Shown in pieces: positions 1 to 7,375 of a stretch of 9,381 nucleotides of DNA. Position 1 is the first letter of the stretch. The number at the start of each line of letters is the position of its first letter. The notes beneath the pieces were generated by a model that was not told the origin of the DNA, searched no databases, and saw only the letters and a program-made list of their open reading frames with translations. The position numbers were made by a program, and so were the translations under genes. Source of the stretch: a virus (lineage: Duplodnaviria; Heunggongvirae; Uroviricota; Caudoviricetes); IMG/VR virus record IMGVR_UViG_2675903336_000010, one strand, 5' to 3'.

Positions 1-83
1 AGGGACAGCTGATAGAAACAGAAGCCACTGGAGCACCTCAAAAACACCATCATACACTAAATCAGTAAGTTGGCAGCATCACC
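1..83 (-). mobile_element. IS1 left end (partial element, runs off the window): terminal inverted repeat plus the first 9 codons of insA
   Basis: Reverse complement of 61-83 is GGTGATGCTGCCAACTTACTGAT, which I recognise as the IS1 terminal inverted repeat. Reverse complement of 1-60 continues TTAGTGTATGATGGTGTTTTTGAGGTGCTCCAGTGGCTTCTGTTTCTATCAGCTGTCCCT, matching from memory the IS1 leader and insA start (GTG at 28..26, MASVSISCP...). The match ends at 83/84. Confidence 0.8.
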
Positions 84-235
84 CCGCCACAGAACAATTA
101 TTGCTTTTGCCGTTGATGACAATAAAGTTTTTATCGCAGGCGTATACCACGGTGGGCAAATCTATGAAACCGATTTTTTATCCAGTGCACCGTAAAACCC
201 CCATCCTTCAGGGCGTGGCGGATATCAAACTTTGG

Positions 236-1318
236 TCATTTTCTCTGGCTGATCTTTACCGGATAACCATCCCGAAGATCAATTAAGTGCTCCGGTTCAG
301 AAGCAAACCATGCATAAGATCCCCACGCCAATTCTGGTATTGCCTTTTTAAAAGGCAGAGCACTTCTGTCCATAAATGCCGTAAGGAATGCAAGATTTTT
401 CTCGCTGAACCCAGCGTCAATAGCCAAATGAGTGAGAGTAACTTTTCGTTCCCTGTTTATAGGCCCATCTGTCGCAACTACTTCAGTGAAAACTACAAGC
501 ATGTCCGAACCCGTTCGGTCCTCTCCCAAATCAATCAAAATAATATCTGGAAGTGCTTTTGAGGCATCAATATTCAGCCCCAATGCTTTTGCCAATACAT
601 CATCCTGAGCAACAACTTTATTCCCGGATTCAGACAACCAGAGCACAGTTGGATTCTTAAGAAAATTAGGAGCAAAAACTTCGATGACGGCCTTAGCTAT
701 TGTACTTGACGGGCCCGGAGCTAAAGTTCTCTTCTCTCCATTTGGGAAAGTGACGACTACGGCATCAGCAGCAATCACTGCCCCTGATTTCAATAAACGC
801 AACCTAGCAAGAGCGGCTTTGTTCAAATGATTTTCTTGCCAGGAACTTATTGCACTCAGCAGCGAATCTCCTTCAAGCCCGGCATCAAAGAGTGCTGCAA
901 AAGAGCGATTCAAACTGTAACGAGGACGAGAGGATGTGGTGGGTATACCTTTACGCTCAACAATTGCATTGCAAGGTATTAGGCCATTTTTTATAGTTTC
1001 ATCACGTATTGGCTCACGCGTATTTTCCGCATACCATGCATCAGCAGGCCTTATCTTTTGTTTAGAGAAAGTCATCTTTACCCAGCTTTCTCTGGACGCA
1101 TCATCAGTAAGAGCAGCCTGCGAATCTCCCATACTTACAACCTGGCTGGGCCTTATCCATCGCCCCAGCCCCTCAACCGCACCAGCATAAAACATGACAA
1201 AAATTGTTTTTGCAGCTATTTCCCGAATTAAATATCCACGATTCTCAGTCCCTTCAGGGAAAATTAATTGTAATCTTTCCCGGATAACATTCAATGGGGG
1301 AACAACAGGCAGATTCAT
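236..1318 (-). CDS. Putative type II restriction endonuclease (partner of the adjacent methyltransferase); family not assignable by eye, possibly BsuBI/PstI-like
   Basis: 360-aa ORF whose ATG overlaps the methyltransferase stop by 4 bp (ATGA at 1315-1318), implying translational coupling. C-terminal half has a PD...E-x-x-K-like arrangement (LPDIILIDL ... VVFTEVVATDGPINRERK). Region is AT-rich like the methyltransferase gene. No sequence search possible. Confidence 0.5.
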   Translation of the reverse strand: MNLPVVPPLNVIRERLQLIFPEGTENRGYLIREIAAKTIFVMFYAGAVEGLGRWIRPSQVVSMGDSQAALTDDASRESWVKMTFSKQKIRPADAWYAENTREPIRDETIKNGLIPCNAIVERKGIPTTSSRPRYSLNRSFAALFDAGLEGDSLLSAISSWQENHLNKAALARLRLLKSGAVIAADAVVVTFPNGEKRTLAPGPSSTIAKAVIEVFAPNFLKNPTVLWLSESGNKVVAQDDVLAKALGLNIDASKALPDIILIDLGEDRTGSDMLVVFTEVVATDGPINRERKVTLTHLAIDAGFSEKNLAFLTAFMDRSALPFKKAIPELAWGSYAWFASEPEHLIDLRDGYPVKISQRK

Positions 1319-3147
1319 GCAATCATCACTCCATAGAAACCAGCGATAGTTCTCTCAATAATCCGTCTGTGGACGCCAGCATCAATTAACGATTGAATCT
1401 CCATCACCTGCTCCAGAGAAGGCAACGGGATTGAATTCAATTCATAGGCCGAAACAGCAACACTTCCGCTTATACACCTGAACGCCCGATCGACAACATG
1501 CGAATTAAGTAGCATATCAATAACATCAGGGCGAACCGCAGAGAACAATCCGTTTGAATATACAATATTAATATGGTTTTCAACTACTACGCCACCAGTT
1601 TCATCTATAAATCCCTGAGGTAAAATTGCCGCTAAAATCCTTCTGTCCTGTTCCTTCGATGTTGTCCGCTGAACAAGCACACATTCAGATTTTGTCACAA
1701 GGAAACCCTGTTGTGGGGTTATATCGATATAGGGAACATGATTTTTTCTGTCTGCACTAAAACGAAAACCAGCTGAAGTTATTGATTCCGCCCAGACTAA
1801 TGGGTAGCTATTTTTTCCTTTCGTCGTACGCAACTGCGACTTAAATCGATTCCAGACTAACTGACCTGTAGAGACTGAGTATCCCAGATCAGCTAAACGC
1901 GTAGACATCTGTTTTAATACATTAAGAAAACAGGCATCATCTTTAACGCGTGGCAAAAGCCACGTTGCTCCACCTTTTTCTATATCAACATTACCTATTT
2001 TCTCAATTTTTGCTTTGTTCAACCCCTTAGGGACAAGTGAGGATACCTGGGCCCGAACTTTATGTTCTCCCGCCTTGAATGCTGTCAACATTGTTTCCTG
2101 GAGAACATCGTCAAAGACCCCATCCCTGTCAGTGACGAAATCAAGGGCATACGGAGTAGTTTTTTCGGTCAAAAGGGTTCGCAGCGCGGTGAAATACTGC
2201 CCACCAAGAAAAGAAGTTGGCGTAAGAAATGCAATAACTCCTGTTTTCTCTTTAACCATGCGAACAGCTAAGTCGGTGAACAATCCATATAGATTTGCAT
2301 GACCAAATAACGAACGAGAATATTTTTCTCTCGTTTTAATATCGAGAGTGACACGTCCGTAAGGCGGATTCCCTACCACAAGATCATAACCAGAAAATTT
2401 ATCTTGCTGAAGCGCATCAGCAACAATAATTGTATCTTCAGGCAATCTACGTTTTACCTTTACACATAGTGGCATTAGTACAGATTCGAGCAATACCAAA
2501 CTCATCCAAGCCGCAAATGGATCGATCTCTATCCCCTTTAAACGACGACTGATTCTCCTCAACATCCATTCAGGGGAAGACCCCTTGTCTTTTTTTAACA
2601 TTCGAATGGCTACTGGTGCCAAAAATGCACCGCCACCACACGCAGGATCAATAACCGATGCATGAGAAAAATCAACACCAGACTTTTCAGCCAGGTCCAA
2701 GAGACGCGCTACCAAAGGTGGGGGGGTATAGTAAGCCCCCAATTCCGAACGGTAAGCGGATGGCAGCATTACCGTATAAATTGACCCAATCAGATATCCA
2801 GCGTCCTCCGCCGGAAATTGAGCAATAAGCTCACCTGTTCGTTCAGCGAGCTCGCGTGCATCACATGGAATGTCTTCTATGTAAACAGTGTGCGGTACTG
2901 CCCTCATTTTAATGCTGCTTTTTTGCTTTTTTGCAAGGGTATCCCAATATGCAGCTACGATGCTGAAGCAGTATGAGCGGGCATGCATCAACCTTGACTG
3001 CCCGGTTTTGTAATTGCCCGCATAACCTTTGGCCATGGCTTTACAAGTTTGATATCTTTCCAGATTAGAAAACTCATTATCTGTAAAAAAATCAAAATGT
3101 TGCACATTCATAATGTAAAATCCTAATGTATCAAACATGCGGGCCAT
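1315..3147 (-). CDS. N6-adenine DNA methyltransferase, gamma class (motif order X-I-IV), with a long C-terminal putative target-recognition region
   Basis: 610-aa ORF. Motif X GAYYTPPPLVARLL (aa 137-150), motif I VIDPACGGGAFL (aa 165-176, verified at nt 2620-2649) and motif IV VVGNPPYG (aa 257-264, NPPY verified at nt 2359-2370). About 340 aa follow motif IV. Sampled 60-nt lines are about 30-45% GC versus about 57% in the phage core. Confidence 0.85.
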   Translation of the reverse strand: MARMFDTLGFYIMNVQHFDFFTDNEFSNLERYQTCKAMAKGYAGNYKTGQSRLMHARSYCFSIVAAYWDTLAKKQKSSIKMRAVPHTVYIEDIPCDARELAERTGELIAQFPAEDAGYLIGSIYTVMLPSAYRSELGAYYTPPPLVARLLDLAEKSGVDFSHASVIDPACGGGAFLAPVAIRMLKKDKGSSPEWMLRRISRRLKGIEIDPFAAWMSLVLLESVLMPLCVKVKRRLPEDTIIVADALQQDKFSGYDLVVGNPPYGRVTLDIKTREKYSRSLFGHANLYGLFTDLAVRMVKEKTGVIAFLTPTSFLGGQYFTALRTLLTEKTTPYALDFVTDRDGVFDDVLQETMLTAFKAGEHKVRAQVSSLVPKGLNKAKIEKIGNVDIEKGGATWLLPRVKDDACFLNVLKQMSTRLADLGYSVSTGQLVWNRFKSQLRTTKGKNSYPLVWAESITSAGFRFSADRKNHVPYIDITPQQGFLVTKSECVLVQRTTSKEQDRRILAAILPQGFIDETGGVVVENHINIVYSNGLFSAVRPDVIDMLLNSHVVDRAFRCISGSVAVSAYELNSIPLPSLEQVMEIQSLIDAGVHRRIIERTIAGFYGVMIA

Positions 3148-3361
3148 AACATCTCATGGTGGCGCATAGCAAACTGGCCCGAAGAATATCACGCACCAAG
3201 TCGATCTCATAACCCGTTATGACAATAAATCTTTGTAGCTGAACTCACTTGGTGATTTGTCAATCATTCCTGGCCTCCAGTTCGTCCTGAATCTCTTTAT
3301 CGAGTTCACCGTATTTGTTAGTCCTCATCACTCACGACTTGACTTCCAGAAATAACCTTGA

Positions 3362-3718
3362 TTATTCGGGGCTATATTTTGTCACCCTGCGTATCCGCGC
3401 TTTCGCATTACGCTCAATCTGGATTAGCTTTTCTATATTTTTTCGCCTTTCCCGCTCCTCCTGGCGCAAGAGCCTTACATCATCTGCCAGTCTGGTTTCT
3501 CTTTTCGCCACAGAGAGCATCCAGTCAAATGGCTCCACAACTGCACCGCAAATTTTACAGCGGACCTGACGCTCTTTTTCGTCAACCCGGACAGAAGCGT
3601 GATGGCAATATGGTCTTTCCGATGGCTCATAAAGAAAATTAACCTGATTACGAGGGTTATCCTCTTTTACCGGAAATAAAACAATATTGCTTAACTCATC
3701 TTCTGGTTTTATTTCCAT
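3362..3718 (-). CDS. Hypothetical protein, Cys/His-containing (C-x-H-H ... C-x-x-C) with a basic/acidic C-terminal tail
   Basis: ORF track extends to 3775 (GTG), but the ATG at 3718 is preceded by a strong SD (AAGGAGAGGAG). Translation MEIKPEDEL...CHHASVRVDEKERQVRCKICGAVVEPFDW...RLLRQEERERRKNIEKLIQIERNAKARIRR. Same strand and tight spacing with upstream genes. Confidence 0.55.
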   Translation of the reverse strand: MEIKPEDELSNIVLFPVKEDNPRNQVNFLYEPSERPYCHHASVRVDEKERQVRCKICGAVVEPFDWMLSVAKRETRLADDVRLLRQEERERRKNIEKLIQIERNAKARIRRVTKYSPE

Positions 3719-3775
3719 GCTCCTCTCCTTTGATGCGAATGCCAGCGGTAATTGAAGCCTGATAGCTAATTTCAC

Positions 3776-4198
3776 TCACAGTACCGCCTCCTGAAAATCA
3801 CCCTGATAGAAAGCCGGTACACGCTGCATAACTTCACTCTTCCGGCACTCGCGACAGATTATGTTCTGATGTCTGTCGTAGCGGCGTATTTCTCCGTCCG
3901 GTAATGACCAGATAAGGTCCGGATCAACCACAGATGGTTTCTTCAGCTTTGCCCTCGAGAGTTTTTTGCGGGCGTTTTGCCAGTCCTTACGAGCCTGTTC
4001 AGACGGGAATAACCCGTAGCCAGAGTTGTATACATCCCCACTGGCAACCAGCTCTCTGGCGAGAACGCTTATTAAATATCTTGTCGCCCCGGTTTTAGCT
4101 TCCAGTTGTCGTAACGTCTCGCGCCCACTCTGGCGTACGAGTTCAACAACCTGCCCCTTAATTTTTTCCCGCTCTTCCTGTGTAAATACTTTTGCCAT
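3776..4198 (-). CDS. Hypothetical protein with an HTH-like segment
   Basis: ORF track start at 4213 is TTG; in-frame ATG at 4198 (MAKVFTQEE...) has a G-rich SD-like stretch upstream. Contains TLRQLEAKTGATRYLISVLARELVASG. Lies 15 nt after the stop of the upstream gene. Confidence 0.5.
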   Translation of the reverse strand: MAKVFTQEEREKIKGQVVELVRQSGRETLRQLEAKTGATRYLISVLARELVASGDVYNSGYGLFPSEQARKDWQNARKKLSRAKLKKPSVVDPDLIWSLPDGEIRRYDRHQNIICRECRKSEVMQRVPAFYQGDFQEAVL

Positions 4199-4213
4199 AA
4201 GCGCCCCCGGCAA

Positions 4214-4939
4214 TCACTTTTCCGACACAATACGACCGGAGGAATCGACAATCTGTCGAACAATATCCCGGTGCTTGTTCAGCTCCCGCAACGCGGCGCA
4301 GACACGCTCCCACTTCTGGACATGACTTTTCGCCCGACGCAGTTCGCGGTTTGCCATATGCAGCGATGGTAAAACCAGGTCATCCGCTTGCGTTTCGGTG
4401 AACGATGGCAACGACTGCACAATGTCCGCCACAGTTTCTGTTTTAATTTCTTCCTGTGTTGCAGCTTCCTGTACCGGTAACGCAACACCTGCTGGCTGAG
4501 GAAAGACTTTACCATCCGTTTCCGCTATGGATGCGGCTTTCGGCTCTGCCGGTAAATCAGCGCCCGGTATGCAGTACCGAAATTTACCGCCCTGATTCAC
4601 GCGAATCAGACGCCCTTTGCTGATTGCCATGGCCAGCGATGAATTCGCCCGGCGGGAGGTAATCCCGAACATCAGTGCCAGCTCATCCGCCGTTTGTGGG
4701 CCATGTTGTTCAATCGCCTCAGTCAGCATTTGCGCTGTCACTTTCGGTACCGGTGACACTGGTTCACTTTCACCAGCCTGAATCAGCCACCACATCGAAC
4801 CCTTGTTATCCGCTTCACCACGGCGCTTCAGTTTCCACAGTTCGTTGACCGCATCTTCACGGCTGATTCCAAGGCGGGACGCCACCACATGTGAAGAGGC
4901 TCTTTTCAGTGCTTTCAGTGCGTCAAATACAGTTTCCAT
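4214..4939 (-). CDS. Hypothetical protein with two tandem winged-helix-like segments
   Basis: ORF track start at 4957 is TTG; in-frame ATG at 4939 (METVFDALK...) is preceded by GGAGGA with 7-nt spacing. Two similar segments ([24 protein letters not shown] and [32 protein letters not shown]). Starts about 20 nt after the DnaC-like stop. Confidence 0.55.
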   Translation of the reverse strand: METVFDALKALKRASSHVVASRLGISREDAVNELWKLKRRGEADNKGSMWWLIQAGESEPVSPVPKVTAQMLTEAIEQHGPQTADELALMFGITSRRANSSLAMAISKGRLIRVNQGGKFRYCIPGADLPAEPKAASIAETDGKVFPQPAGVALPVQEAATQEEIKTETVADIVQSLPSFTETQADDLVLPSLHMANRELRRAKSHVQKWERVCAALRELNKHRDIVRQIVDSSGRIVSEK

Positions 4940-4960
4940 TAAAACATCCTCCAACAAAAA

Positions 4961-5445
4961 TTACTTCACAACTCCCGGAAAGCTGACATTTGAACGCCAG
5001 CTATCCCAGTTAAACGTCACCCACCGACAACCGTTCATGGTCATGCGGTCCATAATCCTCTCACCAAGAAGCGTGCTCATTGCGGCATGATTCAGGTTTG
5101 TTAACATCCCGACACTGCACAGTGATGCTGTCCGGCGATCAATTATCTGGTGCAATACCACCTGCTCGTTTTTCGTCTCCCGCTGAATGCCTATTTCATC
5201 CAGGACCAGCAAATCAACCCCGCAAAGCTCCTGTAAAAATTTTTCACCGGATTTGCCGTTGTCGTAGCTGTCATGCAACACGCTCATGACATCAGACTCG
5301 GTGACGATAATCACGCTGCGCCCCTTCGCCATCAGCCGGTTACCCATCGCCGCTGCAAGGTGATTTTTCCCGGTGCCGGTTTTACCGCTGAACACAAAAT
5401 TCGTGCACCCGGTCATCAGTTCGTCAGCTATGGATTTGGCCTGGC
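4961..5445 (-). CDS. DnaC-like helicase loader (lambda P analog / YdaV-like AAA+ ATPase), N-terminus lost in the assembly gap
   Basis: Walker A FVFSGKTGTGKNHLAAAMG and Walker B DLLVLDEIG. The frame stays open upstream of the first in-window Met (...QAKSIADELMTGC...) into the N-run, so the gene is truncated by the gap, not by a stop. Confidence 0.85.
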
Positions 5446-5705
5446 NNNNNNNNNNNNNNNNNNNNNNNNNNNNNNNNNNNNNNNNNNNNNNNNNNNNNNN
5501 NNNNNNNNNNNNNNNNNNNNNNNNNNNNNNNNNNNNNNNNNNNNNNNNNNNNNNNNNNNNNNNNNNNNNNNNNNNNNNNNNNNNNNNNNNNNNNNNNNNN
5601 NNNNNNNNNNNNNNNNNNNNNNNNNNNNNNNNNNNNNNNNNNNNNNNNNNNNNNNNNNNNNNNNNNNNNNNNNNNNNNNNNNNNNNNNNNNNNNNNNNNN
5701 NNNNN
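5446..5705. other. Assembly gap (260 N)
   Basis: Uninterrupted run of n from 5446 to 5705; true length and content unknown. Confidence 1.
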
Positions 5706-6507
5706 ATTTCTTCGGGTTTGCCCCGGCACGCAACGGGTATTCCCGCCAGACCTGTTCGAACACATCCGGATAATCCACTCGTCCCACAGGCTGCCCGGTG
5801 TTTTCCGGGGCTACCCGATCGGCTTCCCGCTGAATGGCGGAATCGGCTTCAGGCTGCTGCAGTTGGAGTGATTGCTCCGGCCTTGCGGTCATCACCTGCT
5901 GCACAGCGCCCGAATCGGCTTTCAGCGCATACGCTGAATCGGCTTCCGGTGTCGAGCCTGCTGGCTGACCAGGATTGACGGTCTGAACATCCCCTGCCTG
6001 GTTCGTGGCGTTTTTTACGCCATGGACCATAGTGTTTTGATCTTCTTTATCTGTATCTTTATCTGTATCTGTCGTGACTCGTCGTGACATGTGCGTGACA
6101 TTTCGTGACGCGCCGTGACAATCGCCATTTTGTTCCCGCTTTCTTTCCCTCTCTCGCTGCGCCCTCTTGCGCTCTGCAGGAGATTTTGCGGTTTGCGAAA
6201 TATTGCCGTTGTCCTCTTTAAGCACCTGGCGTTTTTCCCATCCAGTGATTAAATCACCATCAAGTACCCGCCCCTGCATCGTCTGCAAAATTGAATCAAT
6301 TACCTCTTCTGTCACGTCGAGCGCACTTGCCAAATCTTCTGTCGTGACATCAATGTGACCTCGCGTGACATTTCGTGACGCGCTCACCAGGAGGTGGATA
6401 TACACTGCCATCACTGTTGCAATTGGCTGCCCTGACACCCTGGCAATTGTTCGCCACTTAGGGTCATTTGGCATGTCATGCCATAATCTGAGCCAGGCGT
6501 TAGCCAT
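5706..6507 (-). CDS. Replication initiator / replisome organiser (lambda O analog, YdaU-like), C-terminus lost in the gap
   Basis: ORF track start 6513 is GTG; ATG at 6507 (MANAWLRLWHDMPNDPKWRTIARVSG...) has a GAGGTG SD upstream. Sits between the cII-analog and the DnaC-like gene, contains iteron arrays, and has a conserved-looking C-terminal start DYPDVFEQVWREYPLRAGANPKK before the gap. Confidence 0.7.
6073..6119. repeat. Iteron array 1: five direct copies of CGTGAC at about 10-11 bp spacing
   Basis: CGTGAC at 6073, 6083, 6094, 6104 and 6114 (gtCGTGACtc gtCGTGACat gtgCGTGACa tttCGTGACg cgcCGTGACa), helically phased, inside the initiator gene. Confidence 0.65.
6311..6379. repeat. Iteron array 2: CGTGAC at 6343, 6364 and 6374, variant TGTGAC at 6354, and an inverted copy GTCACG at 6311-6316
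   Basis: tgtCGTGACatcaaTGTGACctcgCGTGACatttCGTGACg. The 21-mer GCGTGACATTTCGTGACGCGC occurs in both arrays (6092-6112 and 6362-6382). Confidence 0.65.
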
Positions 6508-6578
6508 ACTCACCTCTTCTGATACCGAATCTTTTTACTCACGAGTTGCCGGGAGCGATTCGATATGGCTATTGTCAG

Positions 6579-7004
6579 TCAATGTACTGCCACAGCATTT
6601 CCTGCCGGGCCACCACGGTTCATCTGATTGAAACCGGCGATTGCCACTGCGACAAAATCATCAGCGTCTCTCACCAGTCGTTCATGCGTCTCCACCAGTT
6701 CCCGAAAATAAGCTGAACTGTGGCTGCGCATTCGAGCCACCAGCGGAGGTGGCATTGCCCTTTCGATCGCAGGTAACAACGCCTGAATTTTTTCAACAGC
6801 GTCAGGGGTGTCTTTATCCAGCCAACGGAAAATCTTTTGGGTGTTGAGATAAAGCGTGTTGTGCTTGCTGTCGTTATGCAGAACCGGAAACGTCATTCCC
6901 AGTTCGAAATAAACCCTGGTTATTTCAGCTGCCGGAACTTTTTCACCGTCCGGATGCGCCCAGGCTTTCATCGCCATGCGGATGTGTTCATGCTTGATTT
7001 TCAT
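6579..7004 (-). CDS. ydaT: YdaT-like protein (Rac-type functional analog of lambda CII)
   Basis: 141-aa ORF starting MKIKHEHI..., which I recall as the N-terminus of Rac prophage YdaT. Its ATG overlaps the upstream cro-like stop (ATGA at 7001-7004). Confidence 0.65.
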   Translation of the reverse strand: MKIKHEHIRMAMKAWAHPDGEKVPAAEITRVYFELGMTFPVLHNDSKHNTLYLNTQKIFRWLDKDTPDAVEKIQALLPAIERAMPPPLVARMRSHSSAYFRELVETHERLVRDADDFVAVAIAGFNQMNRGGPAGNAVAVH

Positions 7005-7264
7005 GAATCAACCCCCGCCGATGGTTGTGTGTTAGCCTGAAACTCAGCAGGCAAGCCGTCAGTTGGGTTGGGGTAGGTTTTACTGTCAATCTCATGTGGG
7101 GTCACCACCCATCCCGTTGCTTCACACCAACGTAATATTTTTTCTCCTGTAAGTTTTGCACGCCCCGTTATAACGTGGCTGACCATCCCTTGGGATGCGC
7201 CAACAATCTCAGCAAATGAACTCTGGGTTATATGAAAATGATGCAAATATTCTCCAAGATTCAT
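7001..7264 (-). CDS. Cro-like HTH regulator (YdaS-like, XRE family)
   Basis: ORF track start 7291 is TTG; in-frame ATG at 7264 (MNLGEYLHHFHITQSSFAEIVGASQGMVSHVITGRAKLTGEKILRWCEATGW...) has an AGGG SD upstream. HTH signature SQGMVSHVITG. Divergent from the repressor across an operator-containing intergenic region. Confidence 0.7.
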   Translation of the reverse strand: MNLGEYLHHFHITQSSFAEIVGASQGMVSHVITGRAKLTGEKILRWCEATGWVVTPHEIDSKTYPNPTDGLPAEFQANTQPSAGVDS

Positions 7265-7298
7265 AATCCGCCCTATGTGATGTGTTACCAATGCATAA

Positions 7299-7341
7299 TT
7301 AATAGCACTGTTATTTTTAAAAGTAAATAGTGATACTATTT
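7299..7341. promoter_or_regulatory. OR-like operator/promoter region: two dyad-symmetric sites (A 7301-7315 AATAGCACTGTTATT; B 7325-7341 AAATAGTGATACTATTT) with a candidate rightward promoter on the minus strand
   Basis: Site B is a perfect 7+3+7 inverted repeat and site A is near-perfect (12 of 14 paired positions); centres 25 bp apart. On the minus strand TTTACT -17 bp- TATTAA overlaps the sites upstream of the cro-like ATG. Confidence 0.55.
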
Positions 7342-7375
7342 CAAAGTGATTAGCAATCTTATTAGAATTGGATGT

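Noticed and set aside
1-83. Possible cloning-vector contamination: the first 83 bp match a stretch of pACYC184-type p15A vectors
   Set aside because: That stretch of the vector is itself an IS1 remnant from Tn9. The window diverges at the IS1 terminus and continues into phage-like DNA, so a native IS1 copy is the simpler explanation.
84-235. Possible terminator after the endonuclease gene (CCC...GGGGG then TTTT, minus strand)
   Set aside because: Stem is only 3-4 bp; too weak to call without folding energy calculation.
101-1190. Plus-strand ORFs 101..286, 287..562 and 936..1190
   Set aside because: They overlap the putative endonuclease on the opposite strand or the IS1-flanking spacer, and have no SD or recognisable features.
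2015-2302. Plus-strand ORFs 2015..2302 and 2062..2271 inside the methyltransferase gene
   Set aside because: Antisense to a CDS with strong catalytic motifs; no SD; low-complexity composition typical of shadow ORFs.
3315-3642. Plus-strand ORFs 3315..3569 and 3358..3642
   Set aside because: Antisense to the better-supported minus-strand gene 3362..3718, which has a strong SD.
4026-4515. ORFs 4026..4325 (+), 4072..4263 (-) and 4279..4515 (-)
   Set aside because: Alternative-frame or antisense overlaps of the co-oriented operon genes 3776..4198 and 4214..4939.
4803-5289. Plus-strand ORFs 4803..5090 and 5080..5289
   Set aside because: Antisense to the DnaC-like gene, which has Walker A and B motifs, and to the upstream hypothetical gene.
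5755-5775. DnaA-box-like sequence (gataatccac)
   Set aside because: Only about 7 of 9 matches to TTATCCACA, a single copy, and inside coding sequence; insufficient.
5273-5978. Plus-strand track ORFs 5273..5773 and 5373..5978, and the minus ORF 5424..5765
   Set aside because: They consist mostly of X translated from the N-run and are antisense to, or out of frame with, the DnaC-like and initiator genes.
6073-6379. CRISPR-like appearance of regularly spaced repeats
   Set aside because: Repeat unit is only about 10 bp with no spacers, lies inside a coding sequence, and has no cas genes nearby; it fits replication iterons.
6167-7040. Plus-strand ORFs 6167..6358, 6365..6631, 6641..6847 and 6837..7040
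   Set aside because: Antisense to the initiator and YdaT-like genes; no independent support.
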